Virus record (IMG/VR): IMGVR_UViG_3300025000_000089
Direction: 5' to 3' (one strand)
Length of the DNA stretch: 64,000 nucleotides
Source: an uncultured virus (IMG/VR IMGVR_UViG_3300025000_000089)
Taxonomy: Duplodnaviria; Heunggongvirae; Uroviricota; Caudoviricetes
The notes below the pieces were generated by a model. That model worked only from the letters and a program-made list of their open reading frames with translations. It had not been told where the DNA came from and made no database searches. Numbering within the stretch: the first letter of the stretch is position 1; every line of letters begins with the position of its first letter. Of the stretch, positions 37,403-46,103 are shown one piece after another. Position numbers and translations under genes: made by a program.

Positions 37403-37759
37403 ATGGTGATAGGCAAACTGGCAGAGAAGGTGATGCAGAAGTTGGGAGTATTCGACCGCAGCAGCGGAATAGCGGCGGAAGACCTCGAAAACGTCGCTGA
37501 CGCCTACAAAGCCGTGTACTACGTCCTTTCGGATGACGGGCTCGTCTCATGGGCCTACTCCGCAAGCGACGAAGCCGACATTCCCGACCGTTTCAGCCTC
37601 TCGCTGATAAACCTCATCGCCGCCGAAATTGCCGACTTCTACAGCGTTCCCCCACCGGGGGAGGGGTGGCTGGCAACCAAGGAGATGGCAACGCGACAAA
37701 TCCGTAAGCAGCTTGCCAGTGGACAGCCGACAGAGACGGTTACTGCGGAGTACTACTGA
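37403..37759 (+). CDS. Head-tail adaptor (gp4 slot)
   Basis: A.KV.QKLGV..AED..IP...L..L.A....FY; translationally coupled to the gp10-like gene. Confidence 0.65.
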   Translation: MVIGKLAEKVMQKLGVFDRSSGIAAEDLENVADAYKAVYYVLSDDGLVSWAYSASDEADIPDRFSLSLINLIAAEIADFYSVPPPGEGWLATKEMATRQIRKQLASGQPTETVTAEYY

Positions 37760-39216
37760 TGCAGACCCGCTCTCTCCCCATAGGCAACGGCGTCACCCTG
37801 GACATCAACGACACCTCTGCAAAGGACGGCGTTTCGATTTCCTTCGTCAACGCGTACACCGACCGCAGCGGCGCAATCCGCACAGTACCCGGATGCACCG
37901 AATACGCCGACACCGGAGCAGGCGATGTGCCGGTATGGTCCTACTACTCCACCGACCTTGAGGTATTGGTTATCGTGGCAGGCGGGCGGATTTTCACGCA
38001 GACTGAGCAGGATGGGGCGCTCATCGAGGTATCCGGCGCGACCATTTCTCTGACCTCCCCTCCGACCTTCACCGAAGATGCCGACAACATCTTTTTCGCC
38101 GCCGACTCCGTGATTTACAAGTTGCAAGGAACCGCAGCAACCGCCGTTCCGAATTCGCCTTTGCACGTGACGAGCTTGGCCTACATCGGCGGCTACCTCA
38201 AGGCAAGGGGAGAGCTGGCAACTAGCGCAGTTGCAGGCGATACGCACTACAGCGACGATAAAGCCAACGGGTACGCGGCATGGGAGGTCTACAACAACGA
38301 GTCCCGCCCTGACGCGCTGATGGCGATTGTGGTGGCTTACGAGCAGATCTACAACATCGGGCGCACGTCGCTTGAGGTCAGCTACATCGACGGCACCGTA
38401 CCTTTTAGCGTCAACAAGAACGCCGCGCAGCACTTTGGGACCATGGCGCCTCACTCGGTAGTTTTCGACGGCGAGAGCCTGTACTACCTCACGGAAGTGG
38501 CGAAGAGCCGAAAGATCATCCAGCTTGCCGGTGGCGGCAGTCCTCAAATTATCTCCTTCCCCATTGACGTGCCAATAGAGAAGTTTGAGAGAGTGGACGA
38601 CGCGCAGGGCTTCATTATGGCATGGGCGGGGCAGAATGGGTACGCGATCACCTTCCCGACCGCCAACGCCGTAGTGGATGAGCAGTACTGGACCGGCATC
38701 ACCCTTTTCTATCACCTGCAGAGTAAGGCATGGATCATTCTCGGCCAATGGGACGCAGCGACAGCGACCTATGGACCCTATCGCGGTGTCTCCTTTACCT
38801 TCGTGGAGCCTTGGGGCTTGCGGCTCATCGGAGGCAGGGACGGCAAGCTGTACAAGCTCCAGGCTACGCAGGGGCAGGATTATACGGACGCACCGGAATT
38901 CCTGCACAGATGGCGCGATAACGGGACGAAGGAATGGGGCAACGGGCGGCAAGTGTCGCTAGGGCTGGCAGGGAGATACGAGCAGTTCCCCTCCATCCGG
39001 CAGTGTGGCGCATACCGCAGCAGACAGCATCAGTTCATCTTTACCGACCACACCGACGCAGGGGAGATATTCCGCGCTTCGATCAAGACCGGCCACATCT
39101 CACACAAGGTACCGAACAAGAAATCCGCAGTAATGTACCGCTATGACGTGCAGTGCGGGCAACCGGAATTTATGCTTAACGGCGTGGTCGAGCAGTTCGA
39201 CGTGCTTAGGAGCTAG
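37759..39216 (+). CDS. Tail hub (gp10-like), unit 2 allele
   Basis: 485 aa; about 18 substitutions vs 99-1556 by eye. Confidence 0.75.
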   Translation: MQTRSLPIGNGVTLDINDTSAKDGVSISFVNAYTDRSGAIRTVPGCTEYADTGAGDVPVWSYYSTDLEVLVIVAGGRIFTQTEQDGALIEVSGATISLTSPPTFTEDADNIFFAADSVIYKLQGTAATAVPNSPLHVTSLAYIGGYLKARGELATSAVAGDTHYSDDKANGYAAWEVYNNESRPDALMAIVVAYEQIYNIGRTSLEVSYIDGTVPFSVNKNAAQHFGTMAPHSVVFDGESLYYLTEVAKSRKIIQLAGGGSPQIISFPIDVPIEKFERVDDAQGFIMAWAGQNGYAITFPTANAVVDEQYWTGITLFYHLQSKAWIILGQWDAATATYGPYRGVSFTFVEPWGLRLIGGRDGKLYKLQATQGQDYTDAPEFLHRWRDNGTKEWGNGRQVSLGLAGRYEQFPSIRQCGAYRSRQHQFIFTDHTDAGEIFRASIKTGHISHKVPNKKSAVMYRYDVQCGQPEFMLNGVVEQFDVLRS

Positions 39217-39217
39217 T

Positions 39218-39661
39218 ATGGAATGTTGGGTAAGTCGTGAAGCGTTAAATGAGATGGTGTCAGAAGGTGAGCGTGTGTTCCCTCTAGAAACGGGGGGGCT
39301 ATTGCTGGGGTATTGGGGCAATGGCTCGCCAGTTGTTACAACAGCGATAGGCCCCGGCCCAAAAGCGACACATGAGCGGTTAAACTTCGAACCCGATTAC
39401 GACTGGCATACATTAGAAGTTGGCAGGCTTTACAAAGATAACGATAAGTTGTTCTATCTCGGAGATTGGCACACTCATCCATGTGGGCCGTCATTCCCTA
39501 GTGAGATGGACACTGGCGTGTTGCACATGCTTAAAAACAACGAAGACGCTCAAACGCCAAAACCCTTGATGCTAATTCTTGGTAACCACCTTGACCGCTT
39601 AGGAGCGCATTGTCTGACTTCAAATGGGGTAGAGTCGCTAGATATAAAGGTATTTGACTAA
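39218..39661 (+). CDS. JAB/Mov34/MPN metallo-isopeptidase, stand-alone
   Basis: ETGGLLLGY..GPGPKA..YLGDWHTHP....PSEMD is a complete JAMM motif; RBS AGGAG. Confidence 0.9.
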   Translation: MECWVSREALNEMVSEGERVFPLETGGLLLGYWGNGSPVVTTAIGPGPKATHERLNFEPDYDWHTLEVGRLYKDNDKLFYLGDWHTHPCGPSFPSEMDTGVLHMLKNNEDAQTPKPLMLILGNHLDRLGAHCLTSNGVESLDIKVFD

Positions 39662-39731
39662 TGGCGGGCGAGAACCCGCGTAAATGCTTTAGCCAGCCGG
39701 CTATACAAGACAGACAGAAAGGGAGACAGAC

Positions 39732-40052
39732 ATGATCATCAAAATTAAGCAAGGCGCAGTAGATCAAAACTCTTGGCGGTTCCACGATGGCGTTCATGAG
39801 TTCAGCTATGCAACCGTGCAACGCTCCGATATCCCTCTCTTAGGCGGTGTGCCTCATAACGAGCAGATGGGTATTCAGTATGAAGGTGACGATGGTGTTG
39901 TGAGGGAAAATCACTTTGTGGGGGCGGCAATTCCGGATTATTGCCTATGCCTTACCTTCATCGACTTTAACGGCAAACCCCACGAGGTTTATACCGACGC
40001 CCCGGTTTATCTACTAAATGACGGCGGCAAAACCATAGAGCGTTTGGCATAA
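39732..40052 (+). CDS. Hypothetical 106-aa protein flanked by 16-nt inverted repeats
   Basis: RBS GGGAG; ends VYLLNDGGKTIERLA. Confidence 0.7.
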   Translation: MIIKIKQGAVDQNSWRFHDGVHEFSYATVQRSDIPLLGGVPHNEQMGIQYEGDDGVVRENHFVGAAIPDYCLCLTFIDFNGKPHEVYTDAPVYLLNDGGKTIERLA

Positions 40053-40083
40053 CCACTAGCTGGCTGGCTAAATAAAGGAATTT

Positions 40084-41019
40084 ATGTCCGAAAACCCGCA
40101 AACAACCCTCCCCCCTGTCCCGCGTGAGCCGATAGTAAGCAGCGGCGGGCAGACCTCAGCGCAGTGGACCCGCTGGCTGCAACAGGTGCAGCGTGTCCTT
40201 TCTTTCGCGGGCGGGATAGCTTGGGGGATCGTCAACAAGGCGGGATCTCGGTTAACTGACATCACAATCCGCACCCATGCCATGTTGCAGGACGTTCTTG
40301 GATGGAGCAGCGACGCCGACGACGCCCAGGTGCGGCACATTTCCAACGCTGACGGAAAGGTCTGGCAGGACCATGTTGACGAGACAGACGGCAATCCGCA
40401 CGGCACCGACCATGCCATGTTGGATGAGATAGCCGAACTCGATCCGACCAGCACGGATCCGACCAAGGACCGGCACCTTTCCGACGCACAGGCTAAGGTG
40501 TGGCAGGGCCACACGGAAGCCACTGACAACCCTCACGCGACAGACCTTGAGCAAGTGACGGCAGCAGGGGCCAACTCTCCCATTCTGTTCTCCTGCGGCG
40601 GCAAAGTCGCTTTCACCCCCGAAGGCGGCGTGGCCGTCAAGCTCACCAACCGCACAGGGGCGGCATCGGTCAAGGGAAGCGTCCTCACCATGTCAACCGC
40701 CTACGATAACGCTTTCGCCCTACAGACAGCCGAATATGACGGCGTGGCAGTGGCATACGAAAGCGGCGTGGCAGACGGGGCGGAATCGTGGGTAGTGGTA
40801 TCGGGCATCGCGGAAGTGCTACTGAAAGACGGCACAGCGGCGACTCACGGCGCGTGGACGAAATGCGCCGATACGGACGGACGCGCAGAGGCGACAACCC
40901 CGCCAAGCGGCATAGGGGCGCTTTCTACGGCAGACCATTTCAAGGAAATCGGGCATTGCATCGAGAGCAAGACCGCAGGAACGGACGTGCTGGCAAAGGT
41001 CGTGCTGCACTGGAACTAA
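40084..41019 (+). CDS. Tail needle/plug protein, unit 2 allele
   Basis: Close homologue of 1847-2785. Confidence 0.6.
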   Translation: MSENPQTTLPPVPREPIVSSGGQTSAQWTRWLQQVQRVLSFAGGIAWGIVNKAGSRLTDITIRTHAMLQDVLGWSSDADDAQVRHISNADGKVWQDHVDETDGNPHGTDHAMLDEIAELDPTSTDPTKDRHLSDAQAKVWQGHTEATDNPHATDLEQVTAAGANSPILFSCGGKVAFTPEGGVAVKLTNRTGAASVKGSVLTMSTAYDNAFALQTAEYDGVAVAYESGVADGAESWVVVSGIAEVLLKDGTAATHGAWTKCADTDGRAEATTPPSGIGALSTADHFKEIGHCIESKTAGTDVLAKVVLHWN

Positions 41020-41032
41020 GGAGAAACGCGCG

Positions 41033-42079
41033 GTGATAAAAACCCTATCCCTCTGCCCCACATGCTTCCGCAAGATCGAGGCCGAAATTGTCTACCGTGA
41101 CGGGATGGTGATGATGGACAAGGAATGTCCTGAGCACGGCAAGTTTTCAGCTGTTGTGGAAAGGGACATCCAACACGTTTCCAACTTTTACCACCGTGGC
41201 ACTCTTGGCAACAACAACACCATCATCATCCACACTCACGACCAATGCAACATGGCGTGTCCGTGGTGCTATTACCCCATGGGAAGCGAACCGATGCACC
41301 CGTTCAGCTATTACGATCAGGTGCTATCGGCCTACAAGGGCTCGTTCAACCTCCTTATGTCGGGCGGGGAACCTACGTTGAGGCCGGACTTTTTCGAGTT
41401 TGCAGCGGAAGCCCACAACTCCGGATGGGGCATCAGTGCCATTACCAACATGTTGAAGCTGGCGGATCACGATTTCATGATTCAGGCCCTTGGCTCTCCC
41501 GCGCTCAACCATGGCGACATGCTCCGGTTCGCCGTTTCAATGCAGCACCCGAAGAACTACCCCGAAGAGGTCTATAACCTCAAGGTGCAGGCGATAGAGA
41601 ACCTTGAACGGGCGCAAAAGCGCGTCATGTGCGCCATGTTTAGCGTGCAGACACTGGATGAACTGGACTGGATACGCGAATGGTACGACTTGACCAAGGG
41701 CGGCTATCCGATGTTGCGAATCCGCACCATGTTCAAAAATTGGGGCAACAAGGGCGATGAGAACCGGCTTTTCCTGTCGGATCTGCACAAGGCGTTCTTG
41801 GAGAAGTTCGCAGACCTTCACCCGCGCATTTCCGAAAGGGTCGAGCATTCGAACATGTACTGCATCTATCTGGAAATGGACGGCGGTATGCAGGTATCGC
41901 TCAGTTCCGCGCCTACGGTCGAGAATCTTGACTATCATCAGGCATCGCGGCCCGTCTACATGCTGGCGATGGATGGGCGCTGCTACCCAGTCCCGATAAC
42001 GCAGGTAATTAATGAGGGAATCGAAGCCGGATGGAAAGACGGTTTTAGGCTCCAACAAGGAGGTACGGTATGTGGGTAG
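41033..42079 (+). CDS. Radical SAM enzyme, Tes/MJ0619-like architecture
   Basis: N-terminal SLCPTC..KECPEHG metal domain, CNMACPWC (CX3CX2C), SGGEPT, C-terminal DGRCYP. Confidence 0.85.
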   Translation: MIKTLSLCPTCFRKIEAEIVYRDGMVMMDKECPEHGKFSAVVERDIQHVSNFYHRGTLGNNNTIIIHTHDQCNMACPWCYYPMGSEPMHPFSYYDQVLSAYKGSFNLLMSGGEPTLRPDFFEFAAEAHNSGWGISAITNMLKLADHDFMIQALGSPALNHGDMLRFAVSMQHPKNYPEEVYNLKVQAIENLERAQKRVMCAMFSVQTLDELDWIREWYDLTKGGYPMLRIRTMFKNWGNKGDENRLFLSDLHKAFLEKFADLHPRISERVEHSNMYCIYLEMDGGMQVSLSSAPTVENLDYHQASRPVYMLAMDGRCYPVPITQVINEGIEAGWKDGFRLQQGGTVCG

Positions 42080-42750
42080 CGGCGGCAGTGGTAGGCGCGG
42101 CAGTAGTTGGCGCAGTAGCATCAAACGTGGCAGCAAACAAGGCATCGAACGCCGCCGACGATGCATCGAAGAGACAGGCATCATCGGCCAAAACTGCCCT
42201 TGAACTGGAAAAGGAGCAGTTTGAATACCAGAAGCAGCTCAACGAGCCGTTTTACAACATGGGCCTTCCTGCGGCGGCATCCTATGCTTCAGCTATCACA
42301 GGGGAGCCCCAGAAGTATGTCGGGCTTGACGGTGTGGAACGCACGTCTGAGGTGTGGAGGCCGGAAGAGACGGACGCTTACAAGTGGCAGCAGAGCCAGA
42401 TGGAGAAGAACACCAACCGCTCACTTCGGGCAATGGGGCGATACAACTCCACGTACGGCATGGACGCTATCACGAAGGGTAACCGCGACCTCGCCGCGTC
42501 CGAGTATGACCGGCAGTTGGGAAGGTTATCGGACCTCACCAACGTGGCAAGGGGCGGGGCTTCGTCGCTGTCGGCACTGTCGGGGCAGTACGCCAACAAC
42601 GCCGGAAACAACATCGTGAACTCCGGCAACAATCAGGCTAACTCGATGCTGGCAAGCGGGATGATAAAAACCAACGCCATGAACAACAATGTCCAGGGGC
42701 TTTACTCTCTAGCCAACATGGGGATGCAGTACTACGGCAACAAGAAATAG
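42070..42750 (+). CDS. DNA ejection protein, gp7-like
   Basis: Val/Ala leader, NEPFYNMG, LRAMGRYNST. Confidence 0.65.
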   Translation: MWVAAAVVGAAVVGAVASNVAANKASNAADDASKRQASSAKTALELEKEQFEYQKQLNEPFYNMGLPAAASYASAITGEPQKYVGLDGVERTSEVWRPEETDAYKWQQSQMEKNTNRSLRAMGRYNSTYGMDAITKGNRDLAASEYDRQLGRLSDLTNVARGGASSLSALSGQYANNAGNNIVNSGNNQANSMLASGMIKTNAMNNNVQGLYSLANMGMQYYGNKK

Positions 42751-42759
42751 GAGCCGACA

Positions 42760-44031
42760 ATGGATGTTAACTACCTCGCATATGCCGATGCTGTCGGACG
42801 CAACAATGCCAACGCAGACGGGTTAAAAAGCCTGAGAGAAACGCTGGAAAAGCAAAGCGAGTTGGCACGGCTTGCACCCCAAGAGGCGCAGACTGCAAAG
42901 CTCCGCGATATGCAGATTAAACAGGCGCAGATAACGATTGACGATGCCGTAGCCAAACAGGGTGCGTTGTCTTCAATCGGTGGCACGCTGCAGGGCGGCT
43001 ATGAGCAGCAGATGAGGCGGGAGCAGGAACAGAAGCAGACGGAAGCCAAGCAGAAGGGGCTTGAGACGTACCTGAACACCCTCAAGGCGCTTGACGGTAT
43101 GTCGAACCTCGACCCGAAGGTTAAGACGGACATTGGGAAGCATTTCCTTTCTCAGAATCCTGAGTATGCGCCGATTGCCGCAAACCTCACTTTCGTGGAC
43201 TCGCAGAAGGTCAAAGCCGCTCGGCAGTTCGGCGACGGCGAACTGAAAGACCCGACGACCGGCCAAGTCCTCCCTGCTGGATATTACGAAACAGAGGGAG
43301 AATGGACCGGCGATGCATCACAGCCGGTCAAGTTGACCAGTTACAAGCTTGTACCGGAGAAGCCTGACCAAGAGGCGCTGATCGACAAGCGATTTGCCAA
43401 CCAGCAGAAGCTGCAAGCCGAACAGATAGCAGCGCAGGACCGGCGCACGGCGCAGCAGATAGCGGCGGCGGATAGGCGGGCGGCGAAGTCTGGAACCCGC
43501 GACACGATGCAGGGCGGCAAGCCCACAGGCGGCAAAATCCTCCCCGCTGGCCAACTGGAATCCATCGCAGATATGAAGCGCGTCAAGGATGTCCTGGCTG
43601 AAGCATCCGACTTGCTCAAGGGCGGCAAGGTCGATACCGGACCAGTCTCAGGGCGCTTGCAATCTCTCGGCGCAAAGGTCGGGCTCGCATCTGACAACTT
43701 CGTCAACCTGCAGCAGAAGATGCAGACGGCAGAGAACATCATGCTTAAGCTCCGATCCGGCGCGGCTGTCACCGAGAGCGAGTACCAGCGGTTTAAGAAA
43801 GAATTCCCGCGCACAAGCGACACTCCCGAAGTGCGGGACCGCAAGATGTCTAACGCGATCCAGTACGCCTCAACACTCATGGACAGCAAGATGGACATTT
43901 ACGAAGAGGGCGGCTACAGAGTGCCGCAGAGCGTCAAGAGCGGCAACAAACCGGCGCAGAAGGGCAACGCACAGCCGAAACAGGGACAAACCAAGAAGGG
44001 CGGCAGGTTCACCATCATCGAGGTGAAGTAA
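42760..44031 (+). CDS. DNA ejection protein (gp20 slot), unit 2
   Basis: Near-identical to 4045-5295 from DQEALIDKRF onward; N-terminal half differs. Confidence 0.55.
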   Translation: MDVNYLAYADAVGRNNANADGLKSLRETLEKQSELARLAPQEAQTAKLRDMQIKQAQITIDDAVAKQGALSSIGGTLQGGYEQQMRREQEQKQTEAKQKGLETYLNTLKALDGMSNLDPKVKTDIGKHFLSQNPEYAPIAANLTFVDSQKVKAARQFGDGELKDPTTGQVLPAGYYETEGEWTGDASQPVKLTSYKLVPEKPDQEALIDKRFANQQKLQAEQIAAQDRRTAQQIAAADRRAAKSGTRDTMQGGKPTGGKILPAGQLESIADMKRVKDVLAEASDLLKGGKVDTGPVSGRLQSLGAKVGLASDNFVNLQQKMQTAENIMLKLRSGAAVTESEYQRFKKEFPRTSDTPEVRDRKMSNAIQYASTLMDSKMDIYEEGGYRVPQSVKSGNKPAQKGNAQPKQGQTKKGGRFTIIEVK

Positions 44032-45611
44032 TGGCACGGTACACCGTAAAGGACAACGCGACCAAGAAGACCGTCACCTTTGAATGGGAGGGAGATGCGC
44101 CGCCGACAGATTCGGATATGGCGGAAGTGTTCAGCGCGGCACGGACCTCCTCCCGTAAAGAGTACTCCCCCGCTGAAACTGAGCAAATGCGACGGAAATT
44201 CGTAGCCGACGAGGGTACTCTGCTCACCCGCGCAAAGGAAGCTCTCCCTTCTCGTCAAACTCTCGCCAATATCGCCCGACCGACCCTTGAGGCAGGGGGA
44301 GCAGTAGGCGGCGGCATCATCGGCGCAGCAGGGGGCGCACTGGCAGGACTTGGCATAGGCTCCATTCCAGGCGCAACAGTGGGAGGCGTGACCGGCGCAG
44401 GACTCGGTTATGCCATGGGCAAGAACATTGCCGACAACATCGAAGGGACCGCAGGCGGCACGGCGGGACAGATGACAGTGCGGGCGCTCAAGGACATCGG
44501 GACCGGCGCGGCATTTGAGATGGGGGGGCAGGTAGCGGCAAAGGTAATCCCGCCCGTTGTCGGTGGTACTGCGAAGTTTCTAGGCAAGGCTACTAAGCCG
44601 CTCCTCGGGCGTCTATCCGGTACAGGTACAGGAGCCGTAGAGGAGGCAATCGCAAGCGGGATGCAGCCGACCAATAGCATCAACCCGCTCAAGAGCACAA
44701 CGACCTACGACAAGGCGTTGCGCGGCAAGATTTCAGGTGAGGACATAGTTGAGTCCGCCCGCACTGCGTTGACCCGCCTCAAGGATGCCAGAACGTCCAC
44801 ATACCAAGGGCATTTACAGGAAATTGCGCAGAACTCTGCACCTATCGACCTCAGACCAGTCAAGGGTGAAGTGGTGAGTCTGATGCAGAAGTACAACGTC
44901 AAGATCGACCCTGCGACCGGTGCGCTTGACACCTCCCGAATTGCAATGGGTAAGACAGGACGCAACGACATACAGGAAATAATCGAAACGGTTTCGGCGT
45001 GGGGAACAAAGCAGGGTGATAACACTGCGCTCGGGCTTGACACGCTGAAGCGGCAACTTGACGACTTCTACTCCGACTCCTCCCAAGCGCGGCAGTTTGT
45101 GACGCAACTCCGCAACAAAGTTAAAGACACCATTGTAGCGAACGTCCCGCAATACGACGAAATGACCAAGGGATACACCGAAGCGACCAAGATTATCAAG
45201 GACGTGGAAGCGGGGCTTATGCTGCGAAAACAGGGAATGTCGGGGCGCATCGTTGCCGACCAGACCTTGAGGCGGCTCATGTCTGCCATGAAAGACAACT
45301 TTGCACTGCGGCGGGAACTGGTGGACATTCTCGGCAAAGAAGGCGGGGAGGAGTTGGGTCAAGCAATCGCCGGTTACGCACACAATTCCGTGATGCCGGT
45401 CGGGCTCGCTGGCACCGGACCCGCAATAATTGGCAGTGCGGCAGTCACAAGGATGGTTGACCCGTCATTCGGCGCACTCATGGCTGCATCGTCGCCGCGT
45501 GTTCAGGGCGAATTTTTGCGCATGTGGGGCAAGGGGATGAAAGGCGCTGTTGCAAGCAAGCAGGCGATTAAACCCTTGGCTGTAACGGCAGCGACCATAA
45601 CCGACAACTAG
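44031..45611 (+). CDS. Large DNA ejection protein (gp16 slot), 526 aa
   Basis: Shared first ~38 aa; Gly/Ala-zipper hydrophobic stretch; SSPRVQGE motif near the C-terminus. Confidence 0.55.
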   Translation: MARYTVKDNATKKTVTFEWEGDAPPTDSDMAEVFSAARTSSRKEYSPAETEQMRRKFVADEGTLLTRAKEALPSRQTLANIARPTLEAGGAVGGGIIGAAGGALAGLGIGSIPGATVGGVTGAGLGYAMGKNIADNIEGTAGGTAGQMTVRALKDIGTGAAFEMGGQVAAKVIPPVVGGTAKFLGKATKPLLGRLSGTGTGAVEEAIASGMQPTNSINPLKSTTTYDKALRGKISGEDIVESARTALTRLKDARTSTYQGHLQEIAQNSAPIDLRPVKGEVVSLMQKYNVKIDPATGALDTSRIAMGKTGRNDIQEIIETVSAWGTKQGDNTALGLDTLKRQLDDFYSDSSQARQFVTQLRNKVKDTIVANVPQYDEMTKGYTEATKIIKDVEAGLMLRKQGMSGRIVADQTLRRLMSAMKDNFALRRELVDILGKEGGEELGQAIAGYAHNSVMPVGLAGTGPAIIGSAAVTRMVDPSFGALMAASSPRVQGEFLRMWGKGMKGAVASKQAIKPLAVTAATITDN

Positions 45612-45676
45612 CAATCAGCCTGCATACCAATTAGCACGATCAAGATAAAACCTGCGAACAGAACATCAGCAAACAT
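45608..45676 (-). CDS. 22-aa hydrophobic antisense micropeptide
   Basis: MFADVLFAGFILIVLIGMQADC; RBS AGGAGG; extended -10 TGGTATACT (+ strand 45699-45707). Confidence 0.6.
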   Translation of the reverse strand: MFADVLFAGFILIVLIGMQADC

Positions 45677-45730
45677 AGACACCACCTCCTGATTTAGGAG
45701 TATACCACCACAACCAGAAAGGAGCCACAA

Positions 45731-45829
45731 ATGAAAGGTAAAGGAATGAGCATGGGTAAAGGAATGAAAACGGCCATGGCACCGAGGCCCCCGAAGCCGC
45801 CGAAGAAGCCCGGCACGAAGAAAGCCTAA
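45731..45829 (+). CDS. 32-aa Lys/Pro/Met-rich microprotein
   Basis: MKGKGMSMGKGMKTAMAPRPPKPPKKPGTKKA; RBS AAGGAG. Confidence 0.7.
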   Translation: MKGKGMSMGKGMKTAMAPRPPKPPKKPGTKKA

Positions 45830-45872
45830 CTGTAGGGGCTACGGCCCCTGCACTACCCCGCAAGGAGCCGTA

Positions 45873-46103
45873 ATGCCTACTTCAACACCTGAGCTTGCAT
45901 GGTGGGTAATGACCGGGGCTATCGCCGGTTTGCTATCGCTTATAACGCTGATGGTTGGAGCGTTGACCTATCTCGCCAAGGCCGGATTTGACCGAGTAAT
46001 TAGCCGCCTGGACACGATGCAGACCAGGGAAGCCGTCACTGAAAAGACGCTGGCGGAACACATCGCACGGTGCGAGGAGCGCCACAAGGAGCGCATGACA
46101 TGA
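45873..46103 (+). CDS. Small membrane protein, holin/antiholin candidate
   Basis: Homologue of 7680-7931. Confidence 0.45.
   Translation: MPTSTPELAWWVMTGAIAGLLSLITLMVGALTYLAKAGFDRVISRLDTMQTREAVTEKTLAEHIARCEERHKERMT

Larger units (their letters stand above)
1..37660 (+). mobile_element. Phage genome unit 1 (complete, arbitrary start): P22-like podovirus, no integrase seen
   Basis: All modules present once (terminase, portal, capsid, tail, lysis, immunity, replication); sequence at position 1 recurs at 37661. Confidence 0.9.

Noticed and set aside
39218..39661. JAB as part of a CBASS/Bil operon or as lambda gpK
   Set aside because: No cyclase, E1/E2 or Ubl nearby; no NlpC domain and no siphovirus tail tip genes
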